The notes below the pieces were generated by a model, which worked only from the letters and a program-made list of their open reading frames with translations, was not told the DNA's origin and did no database searches. Below, piece after piece: positions 29,028-40,598 of a stretch of DNA of 64,000 bases. The first letter of the stretch is position 1. Every line of letters starts with the position of its first letter. The position numbers and the translations under genes were made by a program. The stretch comes from Octopus vulgaris (Eukaryota), in NCBI GenBank assembly GCA_951406725.2, contig CATOCA020000001.1:7812001-7876000 (forward strand), given 5' to 3'.

Positions 29028-29217
29028 CTATCCGCTCAGTCGAAGTTGACTCTCGGTTACTCGTTGGATCAGTGTCCCCCAGGCAGTTCTATCCTGGGTC
29101 GCTTCTTTCAGGTTGGCTATGTCCATTCCCGTGTCACTCTTGATGGTGTCAAGCCAACGGGTTCTTGGTCGGCCCCTGTTGCCACTGACCATTCCGAGCA
29201 TGATGTCCTTCTCCAGG
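29028..29217 (-). mobile_element. 3' fragment of an RTE/BovB-like LINE with a (GATA)n tail
   Basis: Minus-strand translation LEKDIMLGMVSGNRGRPRTRWLDTIKSDTGMDIANLKEATQDRTAWGTLIQRVTESQLRLSG*, typical of the RTE-BovB C-terminus. Confidence 0.8.
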
Positions 29218-29437
29218 AATTTTCTTGTTTTTACTTGTTTCAGTCATTTGACTGCGGGCATGTTGGAGCACCGCCTTTAATCGAGCAACTCGACCCCGGG
29301 ACTTATTCTTTGTGAGCCCAGTACTTATTCTATCGGTCTCTTTTGCCGAACCGCTAAGTGACAGGGACATAAACAACCAGCATCGGTTGTCAAGCAATGC
29401 TAGGGGAACAAACACAGACACACAAACACACACACAT

Positions 29438-29510
<73 letters not shown>

Positions 29511-29512
<2 letters not shown>

Positions 29513-30152
29513 AGTAAATATATGGCACAATGAAGTACCGATATTTACTGGAAATAGCGAACGTAATAATACGAGGCTAATGTATAGCTTCACCGCGTAT
29601 GTACTAGCAAAAATGCGTGTGTGCAACAAACTTGAAAACAATTGTCTTACCTCCAGGGAGAACATCTGAAAGATGAAATACCTAGAAAAGGATAATATGG
29701 GACCGGCGCCGGTTTCAGATTTTTCAAGATATGCCTGCCCACATATACTTGATCTATCTTCATCAGCCAAACATATACCACGACAACCTTTCAGATGTTA
29801 CCACATTAATGCCATTACACTCGACTGAAACGCCGAAACGCTAACAGCACGAGAACGGTGAAGAAGTTTCAATAAATTAGTAATGCAATACTAGAGTATT
29901 GCTTTCCAGTAAAGAATAGCCCGTGACGGGAAAATATACAAAGAAGTAAATATATGGCACAACGAAGTACCGATATTTACTGGAAATAGCGAACGTAATA
30001 ATACGACGCTAATGTATAGCTTCACCGCGTATGTACTAGCAAAAATGCGTGTGTGCAACAAACTAGAAAAAATTGTCTAACCTCCAGGGAGAAGATTTTT
30101 GCTATTACATACGCGGTGAAGCTATACATTAGCGTCGTATTATTACGTTCGC
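29511..30152 (-). mobile_element. Non-coding Penelope/retrozyme-like element: 432-bp monomer, partial direct repeat and short inverted end
   Basis: 29511-29662 recurs at 29943-30093; 30095-30152 is the reverse complement of 29989-30046; contains a hammerhead motif. Confidence 0.7.
29695..29772 (-). ncRNA. Type I hammerhead ribozyme, canonical core
   Basis: Minus strand: TTTGG-CTGATGA-[AGAT aga TCAAG t ATATG tgggcagg CATAT CTTGA aaa ATCT]-GAA-[ACCGGCGCCGGT]-C-CCATAT; GUC cleavage triplet, cut predicted after 29701. Confidence 0.8.
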
Positions 30153-31469
30153 CTAAAAGCTCCACGAGGCTCCGGCAGGGGGTGGTGGCGAGCCCTGTTG
30201 TACTCATTTGCCACAACTTTCTCTCACTCTCTCTTTCTGTTTCTTGGGTAACGTCCCGTCCTGCTGGGGTGGGGGTCACATACGCCACAGAAACCGGGAA
30301 ACCCGGTCCATGAGCCCGGCTAGGCTTGAAATGGGCGAATTTATTTTGTGGAGGCGCAATGGCCCAGTGGTTAGGGCAGCGGATTCGTGGTCGGAGGATC
30401 GCGGTTTCGATTCCCAGACCGGGCGTTGTGTGTGTTTATTGAGCGAAAACACCTAAAAGCTCCGCGAGGCTCCGGCAGGGGATTGTGGTGATCCCTGTTG
30501 TACTCTTTCACCACAACTTTCTCTCACTCTTACTTCCTGTTTCTGTTGTACCTGTATTTCAAAGGGCCGGCCTTGTCACTCTCTGTGTCACGCTGAATAT
30601 CCCCGAGAACTCCGTTAAGGGTGCACGTGTCTGTGGAGTGCTCAGCCACTTACACGTTAATTTCACGTGCAGGCTGTTCCGTTGATTCGGATCAACCGGA
30701 ACTCTCATCGTCGTAACCGACGGAGTGCTCCTGCAGGGGATTGTGGGGACCCCTGTTGAACTCTTTCACCACAACTTTCTCTCACTCTTACTTCCTGTTT
30801 CTGTTGTACCTGTATTTCAAAGGGCCGGCCTTGTCACTCTCTGTGTCACGCTGAATATCCCCGAGAACTACGTTAAGGGTGCACGTGTCTGTGGAGTGCT
30901 CAGCCACTTACACGGTAATTTCACGAGCAGGCTGTTCCGTTGATTCGGATCAACCGGAACCCTCGTCGTCGTAACCGACGGAGTGCTTCACTTGAGCGAA
31001 AACGCCTAAAAGCTCTACGAGACTCCGGCAGGGGTCGGTGGCGACCCCTGTTGTACTCATTTGTCACAACTTTTTCTCACTCTCTCTTTCTGTTTCTTGG
31101 GTAACGCTGAGGGGAGGGGGAACACATACGCCACAAAAACCGGGAAACCGGGCCCACGAGCCCGGCTAGGCTTGAAAAGGGCGAATTTATTTTGTGGAGG
31201 CGCAATGGCCCAGTGGTTAGGGCAGCGGACTCGTGGTCGGAGGATCGCGGTTTCGATTCCCAGACCGGGCGTTGTGTGTGTTTATTGAGCGAAAACACCT
31301 AAAAGCTCCACGAGGCTCCGGCAGGGGTCGCTGGCGACCCCTGTTGTACTCTTTCTTCTGTTGGCCTGCTCGCTTAGCCAGCGGGGTGGCGTCATTCGAA
31401 GGCTTAAACAATGCGAAGGGCATTGTGACCAGCGATGTGTAACAACATCTGATAGCCTGGTCGATCACG

Positions 31470-31504
<35 letters not shown>

Positions 31505-31790
31505 TGAGGCGCAATGGCCCAGTGGTTAGGGCAGCGGATTCGTGGTCGGAGGATCGCGGTTTCGATTCCCAGACCGGGCGTTGTGTGTGTTTATTGAGCG
31601 AAAACACCTAAAAGCTCCACGAGGCTCCGGCAGGGGTCGGTGGCGACCCCCTGTTCTACTTTTTCGCCCCAACTTTCTCTCATACTTTCTTCCTGTTTCT
31701 TGGGTAACGTAGAGGGTGGGGGAACACATACGCCCCAGAAACCGGGAAACCGGGCCCATGAGGGTTAGGGTTAGGCTAGGCTTGGAAAGG
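30153..31790 (+). mobile_element. Cluster of tRNA-derived SINE family C copies with different 3' modules
   Basis: Heads GAGGCGCAATGGCCCAGTGGTTAGGGCAGCGGA...GGTTTCGATTCC at ~30350, 31197 and 31506; shared AAAACACCTAAAAGCTCC body. Confidence 0.8.
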
Positions 31791-31974
31791 GCGCACAATA
31801 AAATCAGCAGCAATTGCTATAACAACAACAACAAATGCAAGAACAAGAATTAAGACGATGATAACAGCTTCAACAATAATAATTAAAATATTCATCACGG
31901 AAAGTGACAACGGAAGAGAGGACGAAAAAACATTGATTTTCCTTCCTTCTTTTACATATATTTTTTACTACCCA

Positions 31975-32620
31975 GCGTCCAATTACTCCCTCCACAACAC
32001 TAATCTCAAAAAGTCTTCTTGTGAACGTGACCTGGGTATTATTGTCGACAGAGCTTCGTGTTGGACAAAACACATCGCTAAAATTGTCAAGAAGGCTGAG
32101 GGTGTCTTGGCATCACTCACCAAGTCCTTTGTGAGCCGCTCTCCGACTATCTATCTGCGGCTTTATATAGCTATGGTAAGATCTCACCTGGAATTTGCAT
32201 CACCGGTCTGGAACCCCTTTCTTGCCCAGGATATCAATCGTCTGGAAGCCGTTCAGCGATGTGCAACCAAAAGAATAACCTCCATCAGGAATTTGCCATA
32301 TTCTGAACGCCTTACTTCCCTGGGCATGGATACATTGAAACTCCGACGTCTGGCAGCTGACGTGGCAGACACCCATAAAATTATTAACCATCTTACAAAC
32401 AATAACTCTGAGCACCTTTTCAAACTCCACCCATCTAACACCCGTGGTCATATTTAGAAAGTCAGAAAACAGCACAGCTCCCATGACTTCAGGAAACATT
32501 TTTTCACGCTGAGAGTTGCTGAAGCATGGAACAAACTGCCGGCATCAGTTGTTAGTTATCGGAGCACTGCATCCTTCAAAACTTCCATGCTTCCTGAGAT
32601 TCGCCAACACTACACCTGAT
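31975..32620 (+). mobile_element. 3' fragment of a CR1/L2-group LINE
   Basis: ERDLGIIVD, YIAMVRSHLEFASPVWNP, LEAVQRCATK, YSERL, LKLRRLAAD, NTRGH, HFFTLRVAEAWNKLP. Confidence 0.85.
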
Positions 32621-33230
32621 TTTGTCCCTTCCATACACACGCTGAAGCATGGAACAAACTGCCGGCATCAGTTGTTAGTTGTCGGAGCACTGCATCCTTC
32701 AAAACGTCCATGCTTCCTGAGATTCACCAACGCTACACTTCATTTTCTCCCATCCATACACACACAAGCATGGAACAAACTGCCGGCATCAGTTGTTAGT
32801 TGTCGGAGCACTGCATCCTTCAAAACTTCCATGCTTCCTGAGATTCACCAACGCTACACTTCATTTTCTCCCATCCATACACACACAAGCATGGAACAAA
32901 CTGCCGGCATCAGTTGTTAGTTGTCGGAGCACTGCATCCTTCAAAACTTCCATGCTTCCTGAGATTCGCCAACACTACACCTGATCTTCTCCCCTCCATA
33001 CACACGCTGAAGCATGGAACAAACTGCCGGTATCAGTTGTTAGTTGTCGGAGCACTGCATCCTTCAAAACGTCCATGCTTCCTGAGATTCGCCAACACTA
33101 CACCTGATCTTCTCCCCTCCATACACACACAAGCATGGAACAAACTGCCGGCATCAGTTGTTAGTTGTCGGAGCACTGCATCCTTCAAAACTTCCATGCT
33201 TCCTGAGATTCACCAACACTACACCTGATT
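32518..33230 (+). repeat. Six tandem ~122-bp copies of the LINE 3' terminal segment
   Basis: AAGCATGGAACAAACTGCCGGCATCAGTTGTTAG...CCATACACAC recurs at ~32520, 32643, 32766, 32887, 33010 and 33131. Confidence 0.9.
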
Positions 33231-33242
33231 TTCTCCATACCC

Positions 33243-33630
33243 CCTAGACGACGCCGTGGTGATCTCATTCTTGCTCACAACATCATAAGCGGAAAGTGTA
33301 ACCTCTCGAAAGAGCTGTTCTTCACTCCTGCTCCAGAGCGTAGGTTGCGGGGTCACTCCGAAAAGCTCTATCTGCGACGATCTCATCTCAGTCGAAGGAG
33401 AGGGTCTTTCTCCGTCCGGGTTGCGGATCCGTGGAACAAGCTTCCGGACGAGATGGTGAAGATGCTGACGACCGCTCGGTTCAAAGTCTTCCTTGACCAG
33501 AAATGGCCTGAACTCTTTACATGAACACCACCCTGTACATAACTCCATGTCCCCCCTACATGGCCTTGCTTTTTGCTTTTTGAGCCAAAAATGAACTAAC
33601 TAACTAACTAACTAATTAACTAACTAATTA
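33243..33630 (+). mobile_element. 3' fragment of a second CR1-type LINE with an (ACTA)n tail
   Basis: RRRRGDLILAHNIISG...RLRGHSEKL...FSVRVADPWNKLP...FKVFLD, followed by AACTAACTAACT repeats. Confidence 0.8.
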
Positions 33631-33874
33631 CTACTACTACTAGTTACAGCAACATGAGAAGCCCTAGGAACAACTACCACCAAGACAATACCACTGATAG
33701 TACCAGTACTGCAACCAATACAACAACAAACACTAACAAGATTCCCGGATTTACTGATTTGTTTTATTGTTAAGTAAAATGAATTTTTTTCTAATTCAAT
33801 AAAACAATTTTTTTACTAGGAAATGTTTTTTCTTGGTTTTTTTTTTACTTATTTCTGTGTAGCAATAAAGTACA

Positions 33875-34071
33875 TTACGGAGATGTACTTGCATAGCAAG
33901 TGACCTGATCTGAGATCGTGTGCTGGAACGAAAATAATTGCAGCGTGGAAGGTGTTTATAAGCGATTTAAGAAACACACAAAAACCGATAGATTCACTTC
34001 AACATTTAAATTGAATTTGTTAAAATATTTTCGTCGCTTTCCGACCGCGACCTGTTCACTGACAAAGCTTC

Positions 34072-34110
<39 letters not shown>

Positions 34111-34201
34111 TATATTACGGAGATGTACTTGCATAGCAAGTGACCTGATCTGATATCGTGTGCTGGAACGAAAACAATTTCAGCATGAAAGGTGTTTATA
34201 A

Positions 34202-34240
<39 letters not shown>

Positions 34241-34454
34241 GTATATATATATATACATATATATACATATATATACATATATATGTTACGGAGATGTACT
34301 TGCATAGCAAGTGACCTGATCTGATATCGTGTGCTGGAACGAAAACAATTTCAGCATGGAAGGTGTTTATAAGCCATTTAAGAAACACACAAAAACCGTT
34401 AGGTGTCCAAATATTTTCGTCGCTTTGAGACGGTGACCTGTTCACTGACAAAGC

Positions 34455-34548
<94 letters not shown>

Positions 34549-34765
34549 GTATATATATATATACATATATATACATATATATACATATATATATTACGGA
34601 GATGTACTTGCATAGCAAGTGACCTGATCTGATATCGTGTGCTGGAACGAAAACAATTTCAGCATGGAAGGTGTTTATAAGCCATTTAAGAAACACACAA
34701 AAACCGTTAGATGTCCAAATATTTTCGTCGCTTTGAGACGGTGACCTGTTCACTGACAAAGCTTC
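33875..34765 (-). repeat. Four units of a ~200-bp (TA)n-spaced repeat (family E) carrying a hammerhead-like motif; another unit at 38058-38228
   Basis: Unit TTACGGAGATGTACTTGCATAGCAAGTGACC...CCTGTTCACTGACAAAGCTTCA(TA)n; the second unit is truncated before the motif. Confidence 0.85.
34016..34066 (-). ncRNA. Minimal type I hammerhead-like motif, G3-C8 core variant (best-preserved family E copy)
   Basis: Minus strand: TTTGTCA-GTGAACA-g-[GTCGC ggtcggaaa GCGAC]-GAAA-ATAT-T-T-TAACAAA; stem I 6/7 paired, palindromic ATAT loop III, one extra G after A9. Confidence 0.6.
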
Positions 34766-34852
<87 letters not shown>

Positions 34853-34853
<1 letters not shown>

Positions 34854-37800
34854 GATTTTGATTTTGATTTTGATTTTTCCAGTTTCAGCTAATGAGCTGT
34901 GGCCATTATGGGGCACCGCCATTTGGTTTGCTACACGGGTTTACCTCACGGATGCTTTTTAGCAAACGTCATCTGATGCATGAGAGAGTTCGATGCAGCT
35001 GCCCTCATCTGCACCTCCTGCCGTGAAGTTGGTTCATCCGGGACACCTGACAGGAAGAGATCCAGTCCTACTTTAAAGACATCCGCATCTACACCATGCA
35101 GGTCCCTCAGGTTCTTCGGGAGGACATTGAAGAGCCGTGGGCCTCTGAAGCCCAGGCTATCACAATATCTTGTCCTACATCTTGATGGCAAATTTGGAGT
35201 CCTTGGTACTACGCAGTGGCGTCCGGTTCTGGCGTTTGTGTGACTCTCGATGCCAAAGTCTGGGACAAGACCTTCCAGGATCTTCCAGATATATATTATG
35301 GCATATCTTTCTCGCCTACGCTCCAGGGAATAGAGCTTTAATCTCTTGAGTCTCTCCCAGTAGCTCGTATGCTGCACAGAGGCTATCTTCTTCGTGTAGC
35401 TTCGTTGGATCGCCTCAAGTTCTGTGATCAACTTGACACTGGATGGTGACCATAGCTGAGAGCAATAGTCAAAGTGGCTTAGGACAAGTGTCTTCCAGAG
35501 GACCATCATGGTTTCTTGTTCTCTTGTTCTAAAGGTTCTAAGAATCCATCCAGCCAGCCGTCTGCATTTTATTGTCAGTTTAGCAACATGTACATGAAAG
35601 GTCGCGTCATCACTCATGTGAATACCCAGGTCACGCACTGATTGTGCCTCTGGGATTGCAATCCCTCCGGGTCCAGTGTATTCATTAGGTATTGCATTCA
35701 GTTTTGCATGCTGATAGTATAAAGCTGGAAACTTTTCAGCATTGAACTGCATGCTATTCTTTTCAGCCCACTTGTATATTTCGTCCAGCTCACATTGCAG
35801 GTGCTTAGTGTCTTCAGGGTTCTGTATTGCCTGTGAAACTTTTGTATCATCTGCATAACTTGTGATCGTGGCTCTCCGCGTGGCTGAGGGCATGTCTGAG
35901 AGGGCCATTATGAACAGTAGTGGTCCCAAAACAGTGCCCTGTGGAACACCGCTCACTATTTGCGTGCTAATGGAAGTGGCCCCATTGGCTGCTACCACCT
36001 GACTTCTATTCTTCAGAAAGTCATGTAGCCATTCTCCTAGTTTTCCAACTATGCCAAGATCACGCAGTTTGTGACATATCATTCCATGATCGACTTTATC
36101 GAAGGCCTTTGCGAAGTCGAGATATATGACTTCCACATTTGAGTGGTTGAGCAGTTGTTTCAGCACCCAGTCATAGTGCTGCAGGAGCTGAGTTAAGCAG
36201 CTTCTTCCTGGTCGGAAACCATGTTGGGTGTCAGGCAGCAAGTCATTTTCTTCAAGGAAGGTGATTAGTTTCCTTCTGACTATTCGTTCCATGACCTTGC
36301 TGATGTGTGAGGTCAGAGAGATAGGTCTGTAGTTCTTGGCCTCCGCTCTGCTACCTCCTTTATGAATAGGGCATATTTTACCTTCCTTCAGTTTTCTTGG
36401 AAGTTTGCCAGCTGCAAGGAAGCTCTGAATGAGGAACTGCAGTGGTCTTGCTAGGACTCTCTTACATACTTTTAGGAGGATTGCCGGGAATCCATCGGGG
36501 CCAATAGCTGAGTCTGTTTTCATTTCATCTATAGCCTTTATTACATCGTCTTCCTTTATATCGATGTAATTTATCGTCGCCGCCTCTGATTCTATATCTG
36601 CAGTGGTAAAGAAGTCAATTGGATTGCTGATTTGGAAATGCCCAAGGGGTGGGGTGAAAACACTCTTGAATTGTTCATTCAGTATTTCACTTACCCTCAT
36701 TGGTTTTCCTGTGAGTGTGCCATCCTTTTCAAGGAGTGGCCCTATCCTACAGTGCACTGTAGCTGTTTCTTTGGCATACCTGTAGAAAGCTCTGGGGTTA
36801 GTTTTTATGTTGTCTGTAGCCCAGGCTTCTTTGTCTGCTCTCTCCTTCTCATGGGAGAGTTGCAGACAATTTTCAATTTCTAACAGTTTTATTTTCAGGC
36901 GGGACTTTTCACTGCTTTCAATTTGTTTGTTTAGGCGATTTGAAATTTTTGTACGCCGTCTCATTAAAATTTTCCTCTCTCTGGGGATTTTGTTCTTGTG
37001 TACAGCTCTACCATGTTGTGATCCGAGAGTAGTGTCGGTGTCACTTTCACATTATGGATGAGATCCATATTATTTGTGAAGCAGAGATCCAGTGTGTTAC
37101 CTGCTCTGGTTGGTTGGAGTATTACTTGCTCCATGTACAGGGTGTTGATGAGGTTCAGGAGGGACCTCGCCTGTCCTCGTTCACATCTTGTCATTCCTGG
37201 GAGAGAAAGGCCCTCGGGCCATCTGACATTGGGTAGATTGAAGTCTCCCAAGAGAAGTACACTTATGTGTTGTTCTAATGTGATTAGAACTTCTTCTATT
37301 TTTAAAAGGCAGTCCTCAAACTTGCCCATATGACTTGGGGCATCTGGAGGGCGTATGTAGCACACACAATTACATCAAGTTGCCTGATGTGTACAATTAG
37401 TGTGTCACACACCGAGTTTGAGTATGACAAAATGACCTGGGGTGTGAGGTCCCCACGGATGTACGTAGCAACTCCTCCATGACTCCTTTCTTTCCTGTCG
37501 GTCCGTAGTACAACATACTGTGGTATGTGTAGTTCCGCATCTGCTATGTCCGGTTTCAGATGCGTTTCTGTGAGTGCTATGCATAAGGCTTGATTGCATG
37601 CGACAAAGTCTCTCAGGAACGGGACTTTTGTCCTGTTACTGTGTGTTAGTAGTCCTCTGATGTTCAGTAGGAGCATCGAGGTGAGGTGTATGCTGTTGCC
37701 GGTGGTGTCCACCCTGGGTCCATCTGCTGTGGCGGTCTTGTGAACTGTGGGCAGTTCCATCTGCGAGCCTGAGCCTGATGGAGCCAGGTTAGCTGATGTA

Positions 37801-37903
37801 CAATCTTTTGTGCCATGCACAAAAAAGATTCCTGCTCAGCAGCTGCCCTTTCAACAATACGTTGGTGGTTTGTGGTACGCACCACATCTGCGTACCTCCG
37901 TTT
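34853..37903 (-). mobile_element. CR1-group LINE, 5'-truncated and internally deleted
   Basis: End of ORF1 (37664-37885), EN (LNIRGL, LTETHL, LGDFN, LDLCF, SDH) with a frameshift near 37360, EN-RT linker missing, open RT; (AAAATC)n tail at 34853-34878. Confidence 0.9.
34946..36964 (-). CDS. Reverse transcriptase part of LINE ORF2 (open, 672 aa)
   Basis: NYRPISLTS, YLDFAKAFDKVDH, GVPQGTVLGP, YADD, LERRRERY. Confidence 0.88.
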   Translation of the reverse strand: MRRRTKISNRLNKQIESSEKSRLKIKLLEIENCLQLSHEKERADKEAWATDNIKTNPRAFYRYAKETATVHCRIGPLLEKDGTLTGKPMRVSEILNEQFKSVFTPPLGHFQISNPIDFFTTADIESEAATINYIDIKEDDVIKAIDEMKTDSAIGPDGFPAILLKVCKRVLARPLQFLIQSFLAAGKLPRKLKEGKICPIHKGGSRAEAKNYRPISLTSHISKVMERIVRRKLITFLEENDLLPDTQHGFRPGRSCLTQLLQHYDWVLKQLLNHSNVEVIYLDFAKAFDKVDHGMICHKLRDLGIVGKLGEWLHDFLKNRSQVVAANGATSISTQIVSGVPQGTVLGPLLFIMALSDMPSATRRATITSYADDTKVSQAIQNPEDTKHLQCELDEIYKWAEKNSMQFNAEKFPALYYQHAKLNAIPNEYTGPGGIAIPEAQSVRDLGIHMSDDATFHVHVAKLTIKCRRLAGWILRTFRTREQETMMVLWKTLVLSHFDYCSQLWSPSSVKLITELEAIQRSYTKKIASVQHTSYWERLKRLKLYSLERRRERYAIIYIWKILEGLVPDFGIESHTNARTGRHCVVPRTPNLPSRCRTRYCDSLGFRGPRLFNVLPKNLRDLHGVDADVFKVGLDLFLSGVPDEPTSRQEVQMRAAASNSLMHQMTFAKKHP

Positions 37904-37969
37904 TATATATATGTATATATTTATATATTTATATGTATATATTTATATATACATATATTTATATATATG

Positions 37970-38012
<43 letters not shown>

Positions 38013-38225
38013 GTATATATATATACATATATATACATATATATACATATATATATATTACGGAGATGTACTTGCATAGCAAGTGACCTGATCTGATATC
38101 GTGTGCTGGAACGAAAACAATTTCAGCATGGAAGGTGTTTATAAGCCATTTAAGAAACACACAAAAATCGTTAGATCTCCAAATATTTTCGTCGCTTTGA
38201 GACGGTGACCTGTTCACTGACAAAG

Positions 38226-38269
<44 letters not shown>

Positions 38270-38324
38270 GAAATATTAAAATTAATAAGTCTCTCTAAAA
38301 GAGAACAACGGCAGCGATCCCGGA

Positions 38325-38762
38325 AAATAATAGATATCGCCATACTAATATGGCATTCTTATAAAAATAAGAATAAAGCTGTCCGCTTATTAGCTCCATG
38401 AGGCCATCGCCTTAAGTTAGCTATTTGATACACAAACTGTATCCATATAACCTTCGAACAAGGGAGGTCAGTCGCTCCACACTACTTGACCGGCAGCTAC
38501 AGACGCGTTTCGGGGTATTGCCCCTTTTCAATGCAGTATAGCCAGACCAGTAGGTGTCGCTTCTGACAATCTCTGTTCGAAGGTTTTATTTACCTAGCTT
38601 CGGTCAAGTAGTGTGGAGCGACTGACCTCCCTTGTTCGAAGGTTATATGGATACAGTTTGTGTATCAAATAGCTAACTTAAGGCGATGGCCTCATGGAGC
38701 TAATAAGCGGACAGCTTTATTCTTATTTTTATAAGAATGCCATATTAGTATGGCGATAACTA

Positions 38763-38768
<6 letters not shown>
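38325..38768. mobile_element. Fold-back element: 168-bp inverted repeats around a 108-bp spacer that contains a hammerhead
   Basis: 38325-38492 is the reverse complement of 38601-38768 with one mismatch seen; set in (TA)n. Confidence 0.85.
38490..38545 (-). ncRNA. Minimal type I hammerhead ribozyme, U3-A8 core variant
   Basis: Minus strand: CTGGC tata CTGCA-TTGAAAA-[GGGG caata CCCC]-GAAA-CGCG-T-C-TGTAG ct GCCGG; palindromic CGCG loop III; cut predicted after 38502. Confidence 0.75.
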
Positions 38769-38796
<28 letters not shown>

Positions 38797-38800
<4 letters not shown>

Positions 38801-40143
38801 ACGAGGGGGACCTCCGAAAACTGTACGGAATCCCTCAGACAGGCCCGACTCGATCAGCGAATATTCCCGCCACGGAAACTCGTCGGGGAGAGGAGAGGAG
38901 AGAGACACAACCGCAGCAAGGCAACCGAGACACAGAGATACAACCGGAGAGAGACACCAAAAGAGGCAAGGCAACAACTGGCAACACTGGCTTACATTCA
39001 ACAACTAGTTTATATGACAATCAATGGTTACAACATCAAAGCATTTAAGGCAAACAACAAATCAATACATCATACGGGTATACCACAGATCAAAGCATTT
39101 AACAACATGCATGTAACAATATAACAGTCCGGAGACACAAGTCATATACAGTATTTCAAAGGTACACGTTACGTCACAGTCCAATCAGAACCCTATAATC
39201 GATACATTATACAATGTTCGTATCACAACAATTCACGTTACAGTTCAAAGTTCATTATCGTCTACATCAGAGTCCTTCTTTTTCTCTCTTCTTTTCTCTT
39301 TCTTTTCTTTTACATCGTAACACGTATCAATACAATTAAATACCCTAATTCCTAATTGAATCGCCAGCGTCCCATTATTGCACCTCCATCTCTCCGTACC
39401 GCTAAATCCAGCCTGCCAAACTCCTGCATCCCATCGCTCGCTCCCAAGATTCTCTGACGACCGACTCCCACTGCCCAAAACCTCACTTCCTTGTCCTGAC
39501 TTCCACTCCCTCATCTCCCTCTGTCTCTACCGCTTATAGCCTTTCTATCTGCTCTCTGATTCCTTACTCTATCTCTATCGCCTGCTGCCTATCACCCTCT
39601 CATTACAGCTCTACCATACTCTCTGCCTGTCCTTCTCTGCCCCCTCATCCTCTCTCACTGCTAATTCTTCCTCACATCTGTCCCTTAGCCTTATACTCTA
39701 TCTCTCTCACTACTTTTCATCTCTCTGCCCCTCATCCTCTCTTACTGCCAATACCCTCTCTATCTGCTCTAAGATTCCTTACTCTATCTCTATCGCCTGC
39801 TGCCTATCACCCTCTCATGACAGCTCTACCATACTCTCTGCCTGTCCTTCTCTGCCCCCTCATCCTCTTTCACTGCTAATTCTTCCTCACATCTGTCCCT
39901 TAGCCTTATACTCTATCTCTCTCACTACTTTTCTTCTCTCTGCCCCTCATCCTCTCTTACTGCCAATACCCTCTCTATCTGCTATAAGATTCCTTACTCT
40001 ATCTCTATCGTCTGCTGCCTATCACCCTCTCATGACAGCTCTACCATACTCTCTGCCTGTCCTTCTCTTCAAGGGGTGTTTAGAACGACCTCTAATTCAC
40101 CCGAAAGGGGTCGCAGAACCGATCAATCCACCTGAATCTGACA
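38797..40143 (-). mobile_element. Probable solo LTR (~1.35 kb) with an internal ~215-bp tandem repeat (39545-40068)
   Basis: Bounded by TGTTA...TGACA (TG..CA); non-coding; no target-site duplication, PBS or PPT found. Confidence 0.45.
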
Positions 40144-40149
40144 GGACAA

Positions 40150-40329
40150 AGTAGGTCGCCGTTTGAAAGCGACGAAAAGATTTGAACAAATTCAATTGAA
40201 ATGTTGAAGTGAATCTAACGGTTTTGTGTGTTTCTTAAATCGCTTATAAACACCTTCCACGCTGCAATTGTTTTCGTTCCAGCACACGATCTCAGATCAA
40301 GTCACTTGCTATGCAAGTACATCTCCGTA

Positions 40330-40362
<33 letters not shown>

Positions 40363-40565
40363 TACATATGAAGCTTTGTCAGTGAACAGGTCACGGTCGG
40401 AAAGTGAGGAAAAGATTTGAACAAATTCAATTGAAATGTTGAAGTGAATCTAACGGTTTTTGTGTGTTTCTTAAATCGCTTATAAACACCTTCCACGCTG
40501 CAATTGTTTTCGTTCCAGCACACGATCTCAGATCAAGTCACTTGCTATGCAAGTACATCTCCGTA

Positions 40566-40598
<33 letters not shown>

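Noticed and set aside
30350-30425. tRNA gene candidates at SINE heads (also ~6672, 31197, 31506, 61042)
   Set aside because: They have A and B boxes but no complete acceptor stem, and they continue into multicopy SINE bodies or tails.
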